Origin: Marsupella aquatica
Taxonomy: Eukaryota; Plantae; Marchantiophyta
Assembly: GCA_973895155.1 (NCBI GenBank)
Contig: OZ316896.1
Coordinates: 12,068,449 to 12,132,448 of the forward strand
Reading direction: 5' to 3'
Length of the DNA stretch: 64,000 bases
The notes under the pieces are model-generated. The model saw only the letters and a program-made list of their open reading frames with translations. It did not search any database and was not told where the DNA came from. Below, piece after piece: positions 24,701 to 37,960 of the stretch. Numbering within the stretch: the first letter of the stretch is position 1; each line of letters starts with the position of its first letter. A program made the translations under genes and the position numbers.

Positions 24701-27700
24701 AAATGAGTTGGTTTCGCCAGACACATGAAGGGTATCAGATGCTCATTCCAGGCGCCACATCTAAGACCTACGCTGTGACTGATGATGACTACACCTCTCA
24801 AATCGTGTTTGGGTACGTCGGATGATTAAATTCTGATCTCTCAAGCCTGACACGAAGTCTGATGATACAAATCCAATGATTGAAACTTTCTAAATTTAAT
24901 TCTGAATTAACTAACCAATTTTTCACATGTCCTTATTTTCTTTAAATGTCGTCGTCCCAGCTATACGCCTGTGCGGTCAGATGGAGTTGTCGGTGAGCTT
25001 GCAATATCTGAAACTAGCGGTGTCATATATCCAGGTGAGTCATAATTGGTTCATGGACCGATAATTTAAGTAATCATTGTATGTCTTATGCTCTTATGAA
25101 CAGAACATTCTATTATCCCGTCTGACTCCTTCGTGGAATGGACTGCATGGACACCCAATCTCTTCAGAGCTACCGAGAATACAGAAATTGGTCATTTCAG
25201 GGAAGGCAATTGAGGGTGAGGTCCTGACTGCACTGGAGGTGATACCAAAGGGAGATTCCCAGCAGAAATCTTGGGAAAAATTCAAAAAAGAAATCAAGTA
25301 CAGTTGGTAGGCTCCTCTACAATTCACCGACCACTAGTCACACCATCATTTTTGCGTTTGCGTGAAGGAATTATTGATCGTGACAAAGTCACTTTTTTCC
25401 CTTCGTGCGTCTGAGATTCTTGGGCGCTGTGGGGAGTCATTCTTTTTATAATAGTTTGGTGATCGTCTGTTGTGGCATGGAACTAGAGGCTGTAATAATC
25501 CTGATATTTTTCCCACCTTGAGAAGTTTAAGAGAAGTTTAAGGGAAGTTTTAGGATGCCAAAGCCTTGTAAAATGTGAATTAGCTGTGAACTAAACAAGT
25601 CCATTGTAGCTGATTGTAAAACGGTTGGCATGTTTGTACACAGGTCTCGCTCACTATATGAGCATGGAGATGCTGAGGACTTTGAAACGATAGCGTTGCA
25701 GAGGGCTTGTACATACAAAGTTCGCCTGGAAGATGTTGGCTATTGCATGCGTTGTGAATGCATCATCTCCGACATCTTTGGCAGAATCGCTGAACCTGTC
25801 TCGTGTGTGACTCCTCCAGTTGGTCCAGGTATCTCCTTGTTGTCCCTGTGCTGTTTCTGAATTTCTATTTATCGAGTTTCTTTCCTGGTTTCTCAGGGTG
25901 GTAATCTGTTTTGACCACGTCTTCGCACGTCTTAGAACTCACTTTCTCCTGTTTACAGGTCTACCTCGAATCGACAAGTTGGAAGTAGAGGGACGTGGGT
26001 ATCACACGAGTCTTTATGCAGTGAGGGGAATCTACTTTGGTGGCAAGGAGGGTAAAAGTTCCTTACAATGGTTTCGAGCAATGGCTGGCAGCCCTGACCT
26101 TATTCCAATAAATGGTATGTAGTGGATGAAATGCTTGAAAGTACACCTGTTATTTGAGGACACACTCTTGCTTTGAAAGTAATCCAATAACAGGCGTTTC
26201 GCGAGTTAAAAAACAATTAGTTGACATTTGGGCGTTCTTCTCAAGATTCTAATGTGGAAGAAGGCGAAAATCACGCCTTTTCTTCTCGACTTGGTGACAG
26301 ACATAGCTCTGAATGGAGTCCTTATTACTCGCAGCAAGATGATGTGTTTATCATTAGACAGGTTACAAGTTCAGAAACTCGTCATTCACAATGAGCACAT
26401 CTCCTACTTTGTTACACATTTACTATGCAACAGAATGGGTACAGTCTGTGACTAAGGGGTTTAAGTTTTCAGGTGAAACTGGGAGGATGTATGAAGCAAA
26501 TGTGGATGATGTCGGCTATCGCCTAGTTGCAGTTTATACCCCTTTCCGAGAAGATGGTGTTCAAGGTGCCCCTACTTCAGCTTCAACAGAACCAATCCAA
26601 GTTGGTGAGTGAACTCTTCCTTGTAGATTCAAGAGCCATGCTGGTAGATTCAAGCGCCATGCTGGTGGATTCTGCGAAGATGCGTGAAGACGTTTCTATG
26701 AGCACTAGGAATACATGGCATAATAAAGTTTGATTCTTTGTGCAGAGCCGGAGGTTGCAAGAGAAGTGAAGATGAAACTGGAAGTTGGTAAAGTGAAGTT
26801 TGAGGTACGTCATTCCTCTTGAACAGAATTTGTAATTTCAGGTACAACGGACATGACACGAATAGCTGCCACGGTCGATTTGTGATCATATATACATTAT
26901 GGTTCGTTTAATCCTTATATCCTCTAATATGGCCGTACTTCAATTGCAGGCCTTGCGTGATCGAGATCGATCTCCGATGAAGGTTGGTAAATCTGACCAT
27001 ATCAATATCAATGGCTGCCTTGCGGAACTGATTGAATAGGAAGATTATCCATTGATTGAATATCAATGAGCATCTCGGTTACTTCAAGGATCTGATCCTG
27101 AACAGACCATGAGAACCCCTCCAATTAAATGAATGCTAGGACTAGTGGGTATTGAAGATATGCATTAAGGTGTAGTCCTCACAGAAGGAAGGAGTAGATG
27201 GTGGTTATATACCGTGAGGCCTGATCTTGGTATTGCATGCAGGCACAACAGCAGCAAGGGCTAGGCAGTCTGGAGCGAAGAGTTTTGAATGTGAACAACC
27301 AAAGAGTCAAGGTGGTGAAGCCTGCAAGCAAAACATCATTTTCATCCACTGAGATTCGTGGCACATACGCCCCACCTTTTCATGTGAGCTCTCCTTATTT
27401 CCTAGTTTCAATTGTAATTTCGGATTTTACTGTGGTCAATGACATGGGGCTCTGAAGGCAAAAGGCGTCTCTATCGTCTCTCCCCTCTTAAGCTCTCTTC
27501 GTCTTCCAGTTGCCTTAAACCTTCCAAACTTGGAATGAACATATAATAAGTTATTGCTGTTGATTGCTGATCTCGGTCGATGCGCACTGAAAGAGGTCAC
27601 TTTCAGTTCTAGAGGGGAAGAGAGAGTGGTCGCTCTGTGGAAGTTCCTTGACAAAAGTGAGGTCCGAAAGTTCTTTAATTTCAGTTGTGGTTCTGGTTTG

Positions 27701-27874
27701 CAGGTGGAAATTTTTCGCAATGACCAGCACAGAGTTAAAATTGTCATTGACACAGAAAATGAGGTGGATTTGATGGTTCAATCACGACATATCCGGGATG
27801 TTGTTGTGTTGGTTGTAAGAGGTCTTGCTCAAAGATATAACAGCACTCCCTTGAATCTGTTGCTAAAGATGTGA
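14242..27874 (+). CDS. AIR9: AIR9 (187-kDa microtubule-associated protein; LRR + A9/Ig-like repeats), 37 coding exons, ~1957 aa
   Basis: Manually spliced GT-AG exons: 14242-15798, 16511-16582, 17100-17165, 17459-17539, 17735-17800, 18042-18104, 18381-18446, 18685-18784, 18886-18987, 19112-19344, 19448-19562, 19746-19866, 19967-20142, 20251-20386, 20555-20655, 20987-21034, 21226-21413, 21639-21756, 22001-22128, 22318-22486, 22679-22797, 22945-23113, 23253-23337, 23470-23546, 23743-23862, 23996-24173, 24334-24455, 24605-24812, 24961-25034, 25168-25306, 25644-25828, 25959-26114, 26473-26604, 26746-26804, 26950-26982, 27243-27383, 27704-27874. Total 5874 nt, phases consistent, no internal stop seen. 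The translation contains typical AIR9 segments: LPTVDVKAGDDVRLDMRG, FVYLRDN, VLDLSFNEFKG, QLYLAGNQITSL, LVGPTLKKFNDR, YWPTREDVG, repeated YxGGxEG...W...YTPVRxDG units, and C-terminal GTYAPPFHVEIFRNDQHR...RGLAQRYNSTPLNLLLKM. Confidence 0.95.
16511..18784 (+). CDS. AIR9: AIR9 leucine-rich-repeat exons (exons 2-8)
   Basis: Exons of 63-100 nt, each encoding an LxxLxLxxNxI-type repeat, e.g. QLYLAGNQITSLAGLPSLPNLE and VLAASKNKVTVLKGFPYLPALE. Confidence 0.9.
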
Positions 27875-30800
27875 AGTGCAAGTAGCTTTTGCCTTCACTA
27901 GGCAACACTTGTGTTCATCCATACGGTTTTCTGAGCTGTCATGACCGAGTATGCCAGTGATGGGATCAATCATCGCTTGATTTCTTCGTCTAACCATTAT
28001 CAGGCAAGGGCCCTGATTTACCTTGACGATTTGGTGTGAGGGAAACCATGCATGTCTGATCGAGACCGAGTGACACCCCTCCAGAGTTCCAGGAAAGAGT
28101 TGGTGGACTTTTAGCTCTCTAAACGATACGAACTTTGCAGCCGGCCAGACCGTGTAACTGACGTGACTGATGTTGCGGAGTAGGGCCCTTCCCTTTTATA
28201 GATCGCACTTGAGAATAGTGAAGGAAGGAAGCACAATCTACGCTAGACACGGGGTTATTGGAGGGAGGAAGAGTGGCGTTGGTGAGTTCGTATTGCAGCA
28301 AGGCTATTAGGATCTATTCCTCTGTGAGTTTGGAGAAGTTAGAACGAATGCTGTTCTTCATTTTTAGCAAGTTAGCGAGTCAACTAGTGCGGGCTGGCAG
28401 ACTTACCAAGGCCTAGTTCAATCTCGGGTGCTGCCAATACTCAATTAACTTACTAGTAGTCTGTGCTGTAGATGCCGAATCTTGGGCTCAAATATCAGTC
28501 TTCGTTGAGTACTGGTCAAGGTGGTTCTTTGTTTGCATGCATCTTTCATAGACAGCAGTTTTGAACCACGGTGGGCTCTGCTGGCTGCATGCCAGAGCTT
28601 TATATTTAGGGGAGTACTTGAAGGATATGTTCCCATCCTCTGGTAATATGATGTACCATTATTAATGTAACTTAGCCATACCATGATGTCCGAGTTCATA
28701 ATTGCCCTGGCTATGTATGATTGACAGATGGATGATTGTGAACTCTGAAAGTGCTCTCCGCAACAAATCTGTGCATATCATCATGCCAACAAATGCTTCG
28801 TCACGTTTAACTCTGGAAAACAAGCACAAGCCATAGCTTGACCCTGTCATGTGTTCCTAAACAAATCCAAATCGGAGTACAATTTCACAAGTTGCAGACA
28901 CTCTACTAGGTATCCTCTTCCTGAAACCGGTTTAGATGAGAAGTTCCAATATGTGGGACTAAATCGTCGCACCTGGTGTGTTCCCCTTGTAGAATTCTAC
29001 AGGAGGTGTTCAATCTCGCTAAAAAATCTGTCGAAGGCGAGAGAAATGGCCGCCACCTGATAAACTTAGAGAAAAAAGTGCTGAGTTCCTGAGAGGTGTT
29101 AGTCTGGGCAATATTAGAAACGTGGACTGAAATCTGACAATCGTACGTGACTTCCCATTTGAAGCATTCAAACCGGTAGTGCCACATGCTGCCTTGTATC
29201 ATGGATACTGGTGAAAGCTTTTCGAATTTAGTGGTGTCACGTCACAGAAAACCCTGCCCATGTATCACCATAGATACGGTCACAAGGTTGTCCACAGCAG
29301 TTCGAGCACCGTGCCTAACACTAAAACACGGCAGAGTCAAGCACATTGGAATTTGCCTACCATGGTATGTGGAGCTCGAGAAAGCGCAATGTTTTTTGGA
29401 CTTCTTTTGCTTGAGTACCATGTCAGATTGAAAACAGCAACGGCCTGAGTTGGACAGTGTCCTCCTAGACGATCAGACTTCCGACGAGGATCCTTGATGG
29501 TGTGTAATGGCGGAGGAGTTTGTGCATTGAAAAACGAAATGGCGGTTCCAAACTCACTGAAGTCATCAGAGTTTTTTGTCAAGTGGCAGATGCAGGGAGA
29601 GAACGTTTCGAAGAGTGCCATTACACTAAGTCAACTATAACTATGTGTTCAACTTGAGAGCTGCAATGGACAGTGAGCAATGTTCAAGAGTGCCATTACC
29701 CTTAATCACCAAGAGTTCCTGTGCTCAAATTTGAGAGCTGCGAATGGACAGTGAGCAATGGACCTTGACGCAACATAAAATAATAAGTTCTTGAGGATGC
29801 TATGTACACAATGGGCCTCCGTGCAGAGTGAGAGATGAGAAATCAGCACATCACTCACAGGGAAGGGGGAGCTCGGCTATGGTGGACTTGATGCTGATGC
29901 CTCACATCACAGAGACATCCTCGTTGCCACATGCTCCCAGCCAAAAGCATATCCAAAGGAGCCCCTCGGCCAACCGGACCCGAGTATTTGTGAGTCAACA
30001 ACTCTTATGGTGGTTTTTAGGGTTACTCATTTGTGGGCTTAACTCACCACAATTTCCCACTTCCACCCTCTACTGACATTTAGGTATAACTCTATCAATG
30101 AGTGCCAAACAATTTAACGAGCATTGGGATTGCTCTTAGGGGGGCTTTACAAGACCTTGGGGGCAATTTGAGTGTTTTCTTGCCAAAGCTAATCTATCGG
30201 CCATCTGACATCCTAAAGATAGTGTACCAGGGCAGAGAGGTTGGAATCATTATATCCTGTAAAGAAAACTCCAACAAAGCTAGAATAATATGCAGGAGAC
30301 AATTTGGAAAATCTTGAACAAAAATGTGCTCCACATAAGCAAAACTTGGGCCCTATGTCGGATCGGGCAACAGTTTAGAAAGAAATGCCCCCCCATTGTT
30401 TTCTAAAGTGCATAGCAGCTGTATCTCCCCAATGGATGGCCCCGGTCACATAGTGTAGACCATAAAAAATTGAAAGTGCCTCCAATGTCTTGTAAAACCA
30501 TCCTTAGGGAGCATCCACAACAGCACTCTCCATCAGGGCCTGGCCAATCGATATTGTTTCTGGAGCATGAAGTTTTTCTGCTTACACCAGTTCCTGCTAT
30601 CCCTATACTTTTTCCAGAGAGATCATGGGAGGAAATGCAGACTGGCTTGGCAAACTGCATTGATGCCTGCCACACTGCCACATGAGCAAATTGGAGACCA
30701 ACTTCAGTGTTCCTCCACACTCTCTACATTAGTTGCTGCAATCATGGCATTCCCCATTGATAGCCACTGGTGCTTGACAGTTTGCATTTGAGAGGGCTTG

Positions 30801-33800
30801 ACACTGGGTGCTCTGTCACAGGAGCATGCCCAAATGACAGCCACTGGTGCATGACAGTTTTCATTTGGGAGGAGTTGACACTCCTGGCCTACATCTGCAT
30901 CCTTTAATGATAAAGATGTTTACCAGCAGAAAGCTGGAAACCTTGTGCGTATGCTCTTACAGGTCCGTTTTCCATGCTATGCATAAGACTACTATATATA
31001 TACTATACTATCCAAGGAAACTCAATGTCTCAAAATGTACTATCTGGGCCGTGAGAGTCCATCCTGACATAATGTTAAACCTCTCAGTCCATGACAGCTT
31101 TGGTTTTCAAGTTGTGTTGAGTTTGTAGATCATGAGTAAATCTATAGCAGTTACTTTCACCTGCCCCCAAAATTATGTCCTCTCAGCCACCATACTTAGG
31201 CATGTTTGAAGCCTGTTTATTTGAACATTTCATTGACTCATTTGAGATTTTTGTAGTTTGTTCAACGCACTGACAGTGAATTGCATTGGTTAAACATTAG
31301 TTTTGTATTAGAGTTGTAATGTGGCCACATCTGGGTGAGTCAACTTCTATTACACTTGGTCTGCGTTGAATTGAGCATTGTCTCTCAATTGAACTACTTA
31401 GTATTCCAACAGGGGCTCGATTTGTAAGAAGGGTTGGGATGTGCTTATCTCTAAGTTCTGCTGGATCAAAATGAGACAACTCTGATAGAGTTCACAGAAT
31501 TGCCCTGCACCTCAACCAGACTTTTGTGAGTTAACTACTGTAGCTACATACCTCTGCGATATTGTTAAAAAAAAGACACCCCTCAATGCTCTCCCCTCCT
31601 TGTTCCATCCATGCACATGAGTCATCATCAAACCTTGATTTGTTTTTTTAATGTTAATCATTTAAAAAACTTTTATGGTAGTAATTTCCCCAGTACCTTT
31701 AGATTTTATTTTACTAACTTCTCCAATAATGCAAACTGCAGACGGTGGGTCCTAGCTCTCCTCTCCTACTCATGGATGGGGAGGGGAGGTTATTCATTGA
31801 TATTCATGCATTTTTGCCTTTACCTTCGCATTTTCCTGTGTCCTTCTGAACAGTCTTCTCCTCTCCTCTCCTCTCCTCTCCTTTCCAGTTCCTTCTTTGC
31901 CTCCCCTTTTTACTTCCCTCTTTCTTTGACACCTTCCTTTTTTGCTTCCCTCCTTCTATGACACCCCTTACACTTTCTTCTTTGCCTTCCATTGGCTTTC
32001 CTTTTTCTTTGGCACAGAAACACTACACTTTGGAAGACAACCACATTTGACACACCTATCACTTTTCTTCTGTGCCACACACAACAGTATTATCTGTAAC
32101 ATGACCACTTTGACACCCCTCTCACTCCCCTTTCCCTTTTTCTCTGGCACAGACAGCACCATAATGTGTAACATGACCACTTTGACACCCCTTTCACGTT
32201 TCTTCTTTCTCTCCCTTTTTTTTTTTTTTTTTTTTCATTTGGCATAGAATAGAAAACACTATAATTTAAGACGACCACTGTAAAGAAGTGGTGGGGGCCT
32301 CTTGTATAGTTTTTAATTCCACCATAGCTTCATGAGTCAGTTGTTGGTGGGAGAATTCATGGTGACTCGCTTTTCAGGCTTAACAGTGATCATCCTAACT
32401 TCCTTTCACCAATTCTTTGACTGTATTGTGCGGAATTGAGTTCTGTCGGTGTCTTGTTTGCAAAACAACTTCTCAATTGCAGTTGGCATTTTTCAGCTGT
32501 TGTGCTTTTCAATTGCCGGTTTTCTGTTCGGTGGGGTGTGTGGAAAACAAAGAATTCAGACCCCTCAGAACACAGCTTCCAGCTCATTCCTGTGAGATGG
32601 GGAGGCCCCATCGCTTTTCTGTCCTGATCGACGTAAATTCTCTCATTTGTGCGTACTAATAACGACACCACTGCAGCCGGTGTCCATAGTCATCACCACT
32701 ACAGTACCACCCATAGATAATTGCAGGGATGTCCAGGCACAGGACGCGCCGTAAGTAGAGGTCTTTACGAGAACATAGCTGATGGCAAAGTGTCGGAAGT
32801 CTCGGCCATCAAGCCGGTAACTGAATTTTGCAGCGAAGCAAAGTTGGGTGATCGCTTTCGACTTTTCGAGGTTTGGGGGCACACGATGACATGACACTGA
32901 GGACTTACTGCAGTAGTTCTCCTGGCCATGTGTTTAATTGGGCGGATTCATTGCTGTGATGCTCCCGAGAAATGATTGCGCTCATAAGCATCATCCCAAT
33001 AAAGTTCCATTGATGTGTTGCTGAAAACAAGGGCGCCTGATACAAAAGGGAAACAGTGCACCTTTAGGCCCTAAAATATACTATTATTATATCTTACGTT
33101 ATGGAGTGCGACTCACTCAGAAATAAGTCGCCAGGTTGGGGCCCAGAATCTCAGATAATCAAAGCGTAGCCACAATACCCCGGCCGGCTTTTCGTTGATG
33201 AAATTTGGACATTGACAATCACTGAGCCGGACTCGGCGTGAATTCCCAAGTTCGTCAATGCGATTCCTCAATTTCAATTAATTCCGAGCATGCAGTTCAT
33301 TTTGAACTTTACGTTCACCTGATCTAGTATGACAAAGTGTTACACGGCAAAACATAGCGATTGTACGGACTTAGTAATCTGAAGACTCATCAAATGATCT
33401 GAAGACTCATCTTGCATCCAACTGATCTACAGTAGTATGAACAGACTGTTATCCGACACGAAACAGTCACTTTACAGATGTAGGACCTGAAGACTGATAC
33501 AATTCCGAGACTTTTTGAGCTGCTACGAGCGATTGAAAGGCTTAATTATAATCAGCAACTTTCCAGATCATTCCATGCATTTTAGTCGAGATAATCGCTC
33601 ATATTTACATACGTCTGTTCTCGGCCATAGCCATTTCTCTTACGAAAGCCAGAACTTCGAGTGAGGCGGAGAAACAATATCAATACCTGTATTTGAAGCC
33701 ATAAGTCTCTGACATCGAAATCGTGCAAGCTTGTGAACAATATCCACCTTTCTACCTATTTCAAGTATCAGACACGAACCCTCCATAAGCTGATAGTTTT

Positions 33801-34515
33801 CTGTGTACAAAATCTAACGGAATGTATGAATTTGAAGTGCGCTGGGTCGATACGAATAGGCCCCGACAGTATGGCACAAAGCAAAATGCAAGATACAACC
33901 TGTCTAGGTAGAAATCAAGAGACTAGCTAAAAATCTGGTCTGAATCTCCGATCACTACAAGACGTGTAATCGGGCGTGTAATGAACTGACCACCACAATT
34001 TTATCCAAGAGTGACATACTTGCATAGAAGTACAGAAAGTGGTTAATTCATCTGCCGATAGTTGAAGCGTATTGAGGTCAACATGAAGTTCGATAGACCA
34101 GCAATCAAGCTTATGGATCAGTCAAGACTGCTTTGCATGAACCTCAGAGAAGCACCAAAACTACGAGAGAAACAGTTTCGAATACATTCCCAAAAACTAT
34201 TCGATGCAATCAAGTTTGGGCTCAAGTTTCCAACCGCTTTTGGAATCTCCAACTGTACAACAGCGTCTACGTTAATGGCGTCCAGTGACGCGCGCCGGAC
34301 GAACGGATATATTCAGTGGAATGACGCAATGTGGCGAAATTTCACCCAGCTCGCTAGGAATTCACTCTCGTCGAGCAGACAGGCAGAGATTGGTGCTGGC
34401 CTCATGCTATTGACGATGAATCGTGGTCGTCAAGCAGGCTAAGCCTTGGCTTCCAGAATTTTGTCAAGAGTCTACCTAACATCTCCAACATCGATCTTCT
34501 CGGCGAGTCAATGAA

Positions 34516-36003
34516 TCAAGACACAGGATCGCACATGGGTAAGTAGGCCCCGTTTGAAGGAACGCAATGTTGATTGCGAAGGCGGTTCATGCGGTCCACG
34601 TGAATGTTCAACAGCGGCACCAAGCTCTCTGGTCCCTCCTAACTGGGCAACACTACAATGCCGTCCATGAGCGGGCGTGGGGGTGAGTTCCTGGCTGCCA
34701 GAGTTGGTCGGCCCCATCCGAAATCCATGTCGTGCAGTGGGCACAATGTCCAAAACGTTGGGGCGACGTCCTGGCCTATGGAAAGGACTTGCCCCCGGAG
34801 TGATTCAGTGGGCTTGGCTGGTGAGCTTCCTTGAATCTCGACCCAATCGATAAGCGATCTAAAGTAATCTCCAGAGATGCTGCGCGTGGCTTTTCTGATG
34901 AGGCTTGCTGTATGCGCCAGGGGCTTGTTCAAGATCTCCTCCTCGGTAGCAACTGCACAAGTGCTACACATAACGTTCCCAAAGTACCCAGCTGGCAGAT
35001 TCAGTGTCTTCCTCCCTTCAACAGATATGAAGAATCTGGTGAGTGAAAGATCTGGTTCGGATGAATTTTTGGACTCCTCGCGGTCTCCCTCCCCAGGCTC
35101 TGCTGCTCTGACCTTCGTAACCATTTCTCGCCACAAATGTGCAGACATGGATTCCGCGGTAGTGAAGTAGCCACTTTCATCAGTTTCCAAGCTCCTGATC
35201 ATGTTCTCCTCAATTCCTTGCTTTTGGTATTTCGTCAGCTCGGAATTCGAGGTCAGCATCTTGCTGATCACTCCAGTACTCCTGTCATATCCGTTGACAA
35301 GGGAAGAATCTGGATTTCCTTGAGATTTTAGCAGGAACCGGTCGTGATTTGGGTGAAGAGAGAGCTCACGGCCAGCTCCAATCTCTGCCCAGGACTTCAT
35401 GAACAGGCAACCGGACCAGCCATCAGCCACCGTGTGGTGCCAGTTCGCTGCAATCGCAACACTCCCACACTCGAACCTCGTCACCTGGACAACCAACGTG
35501 GGCATGGAAGTGATCTGATCAGGAATGTAATGAGGGCCTTTCCCCAATCCGGCGACTTCCAAGCCAGACAACGAGTACATTGGCCGTGGTCCACCAATTG
35601 CACTCAGCTCAGCATCCACGACTGCTTCAATGAACACAGCTCCTGCATCGTTGCAATGAATGTCCACCTGCCCATCCTTTCTGAGGGCCAATCGACCCGC
35701 CAAGGGGTAGAAGTGCATAAGAGCTTTGGCAAGGGCGTCCTTGAGACATCTGGTGATCTCCTGGAACTGACAGTTAGAGTACTCCAGCAAGTTCACGTAG
35801 ACAAGGATGACACTGCTAAAAGTCGGATATACAACCCGATCCAAATTGCTGAGAGGCAACCAATGCTCCTTCGTTGGCTTGGCAGGTATAACCATAGACC
35901 TTGACGTGGGTCGTATTCTCACTTCTGGATAGTCATCACCGATTGATAAAAATGACAGTCGCTTAACGTCGGAAACCCTTCTGCGGGTGGCTCTTGAAGC
36001 CAT
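34516..36003 (-). pseudogene. BAHD acyltransferase paralog, probably a recent pseudogene or C-terminally truncated (open ATG 36003 to TAG 34639-34641; homologous frame continues to TGA 34516-34518)
   Basis: Has LSNLD, FYPLAGRL, QVTRFECG, HHTVADG, GYFGN and DFGWG. The TAG falls at PS*EGP where the paralog reads PSPEGP, and the downstream frame EGPESLVPLLNIHVDRMNRL matches EGPGHMVAIINLHGDRLKRV. The paralog segment LKLFPITQQEVQAQKAQ has no clear counterpart. Confidence 0.8.
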
Positions 36004-36254
36004 CAATGTACAGTAATTTCTCACGTATGTTTCTACAATTCAGTATCTCTGGAATCCAATGGCAAGGTGTAGCTAGATCGATGTCCATGCCAACTGTAAC
36101 ATTATTACCTCAGTCTTGGATTCGCAGACAATCTCTTGACAGAAAGACCGGTCGATCTAGCAATTTACTACAGAAATTGACTGTAGATCGAGTGGCCTCA
36201 ATCCAGAGAGATGTCACCTGAGCTACGAACAGTATCTTTTTGTGTTTCATGCAT

Positions 36255-36575
36255 TGCTTTTACTGAATTGTCAACGAGCGGGACATAGATAGAACAGGTG
36301 GTCTAGCAGAACGGCTTCAGGACTTTACAGAGATCGATGAAGCACTACCTGAGGTTTCGTTAGTCTTTAAAGTGCCTTTAATGCATTGTCAACAACTGAG
36401 CGGGAGATAGATAGAACAGGTGGTCCAGCAGAACAGCTAAGTCAGGACTACACCAAGATGACTACATGAGGTTTTGTTAGTGTTTGTTTAAATTGCCTCA
36501 GTTTACTGACTTGTCAACAAGCGGGAGATAGTTAGAACAGGTACGTGGTCCAGCAGAACAGCTTCAGGACGTCAC
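36255..36575. repeat. ~120-bp tandem repeat x3 upstream of the second BAHD gene
   Basis: ttgtcaac..agcggga.atag.tagaacaggt..gtc.agcagaac.gct..caggac occurs at ~36269, ~36386 and ~36511. Confidence 0.85.
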
Positions 36576-36839
36576 CGAGATGAAGCGCCACCACGTGAGC
36601 TTAGGGAGGGTCGACAACAACAGGCGCCGGACCAGAGGATCGAGCAGGTCCTGCAGATTCTGGAGGCTTTTCATTTCGAGTGGGTACCCTCTTAGGCTTT
36701 CGATCAACAGCGGGGCCCATGTTCACTAAAAAGTGCCAACCCAATAATGTCAGTAGCTGGGCCCAGGCGAATGTGGACTGATACGTCTTGCCCATCTCTG
36801 TGCCGCTTTGGTTGATCCCATTTTCTCTGGTTTGTCTTC

Positions 36840-37145
36840 AATGTGGCCTGCTTTGGTTTCGGAGCGTATATGCAACCACAAAACATGCCAACTTGCATTC
36901 GCTGTGAAAGAAGTGAGACCGTTTGGTGTACGTAGAAGAATGTGTCCTGCTTTGGTTTTGGAGCGTATATTCATCCACGAAAACATGCCAACTTGGATTC
37001 GGTGTGAAAGAAGTGAGACCGTTTGGCGTAGAAGAAGTGAGACCGTATGACCTGTTACATCTTGGGTTTGGAAGCTTGCGTTTAGCGACAAAAACCATGC
37101 CAAATTTGCCAACTTGGATTTGGCGTGGAAGAAGTGAGATAGGTC
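36840..37145. repeat. ~100-bp tandem subrepeats (probable non-autonomous TE interior)
   Basis: cctgctttggttt.ggagcgtatat...aaaacatgccaacttg.att..tgtgaaagaagtgagaccgtttgg occurs twice, plus partial copies. Confidence 0.75.
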
Positions 37146-37299
37146 AGCCGATTGTCCTCCCAAGCTCAAACTTGGTGCCCTGAAAGGGCTCGAAATTACA
37201 AGAGTGTTTTTAAAACGCAGGCAAGCAAGGAATTTTGCTAGTGAGGAAGAGTATTGTTAATGAGTCACCTCCCTGTTTCCCTTTTGTCCCGTTCGTCTT

Positions 37300-37960
37300 G
37301 GTCATTGTCATGGTAGCAAGAGGACCCCACACGATGACATACTGGATGTGGATGTGGTACTTGGCTATTACTTGTGATTCAGGGTATGATCATGTTATGA
37401 TGGAACATTGACATGTGTTACCACCTCGGGATGGAGTTCCAGACAGGTGTTATGCTGATTTGGTCTTCTCTCGCGCTGGTGTTTGTGCCCTTGGGGATGT
37501 GATTGTTGCTGATCTCACAAGTGAAGCCAATGTGGTGTCCGCTGCCCATGTCCAGGGCCATGCTGCAGTGAGGGCTGCTCACCTTAAAGAGGCTTAGGCT
37601 ATGCGTTACCCGAGTGACCTTTTCTACCCATTCGTTGTGGAGATCTTTGGAGTGTTGCACCCCGACTTTTGACCATTTCGATCTTGCGTTCTTGTGCAAT
37701 TCATTATGTTGAGCGTAGGCCTTATCCCCCGAGTGTATGATCATGACCTTTTTTATACAGTGGGTGTCTATTGCTCTTCAACGGGCACAGGCCTTCACTA
37801 TTCTTTGTAGAAGAGATGGCAGTTGGAGTCTGGGCATCTAGTCGGATTCCCTTGCTTGACCCTCCTATGCAATTCACGTCTGAGCTTTACCAGGCTCTTC
37901 AATTTGCAGGTAGGTAGACTTTAGGTTTGTGTGTCTTTTGTTTTCCTTGCGCTGGGCTTG
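37300..37960 (+). mobile_element. 5'-truncated CRE-like non-LTR retrotransposon (restriction-like endonuclease domain), decayed
   Basis: Translation ..HDD..D..HVLPP..YADLVFSRAG..LGDVIVADLT..AAVRAAHLKEA*..FYPFVVEIFG..VSIALQRAQAFTIL fits the PD-(D/E)xK RLE end of CRE-type elements. A T-rich tail follows. Confidence 0.7.

Noticed and set aside
32720-32893. ~57-codon open plus frame after a TGCAG acceptor-like site
   Set aside because: No recognisable homology or adjoining exons, so it cannot be supported as an exon.
34062-34442. 126-aa ORF downstream of the second BAHD
   Set aside because: Begins at a non-ATG codon (TTG), has no recognisable domain and no splice partners.
34639-34641. U-to-C RNA editing restoring the BAHD stop codon
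   Set aside because: Reverse editing is known for organellar transcripts of hornworts, ferns and lycophytes, not nuclear genes, and this locus is nuclear.
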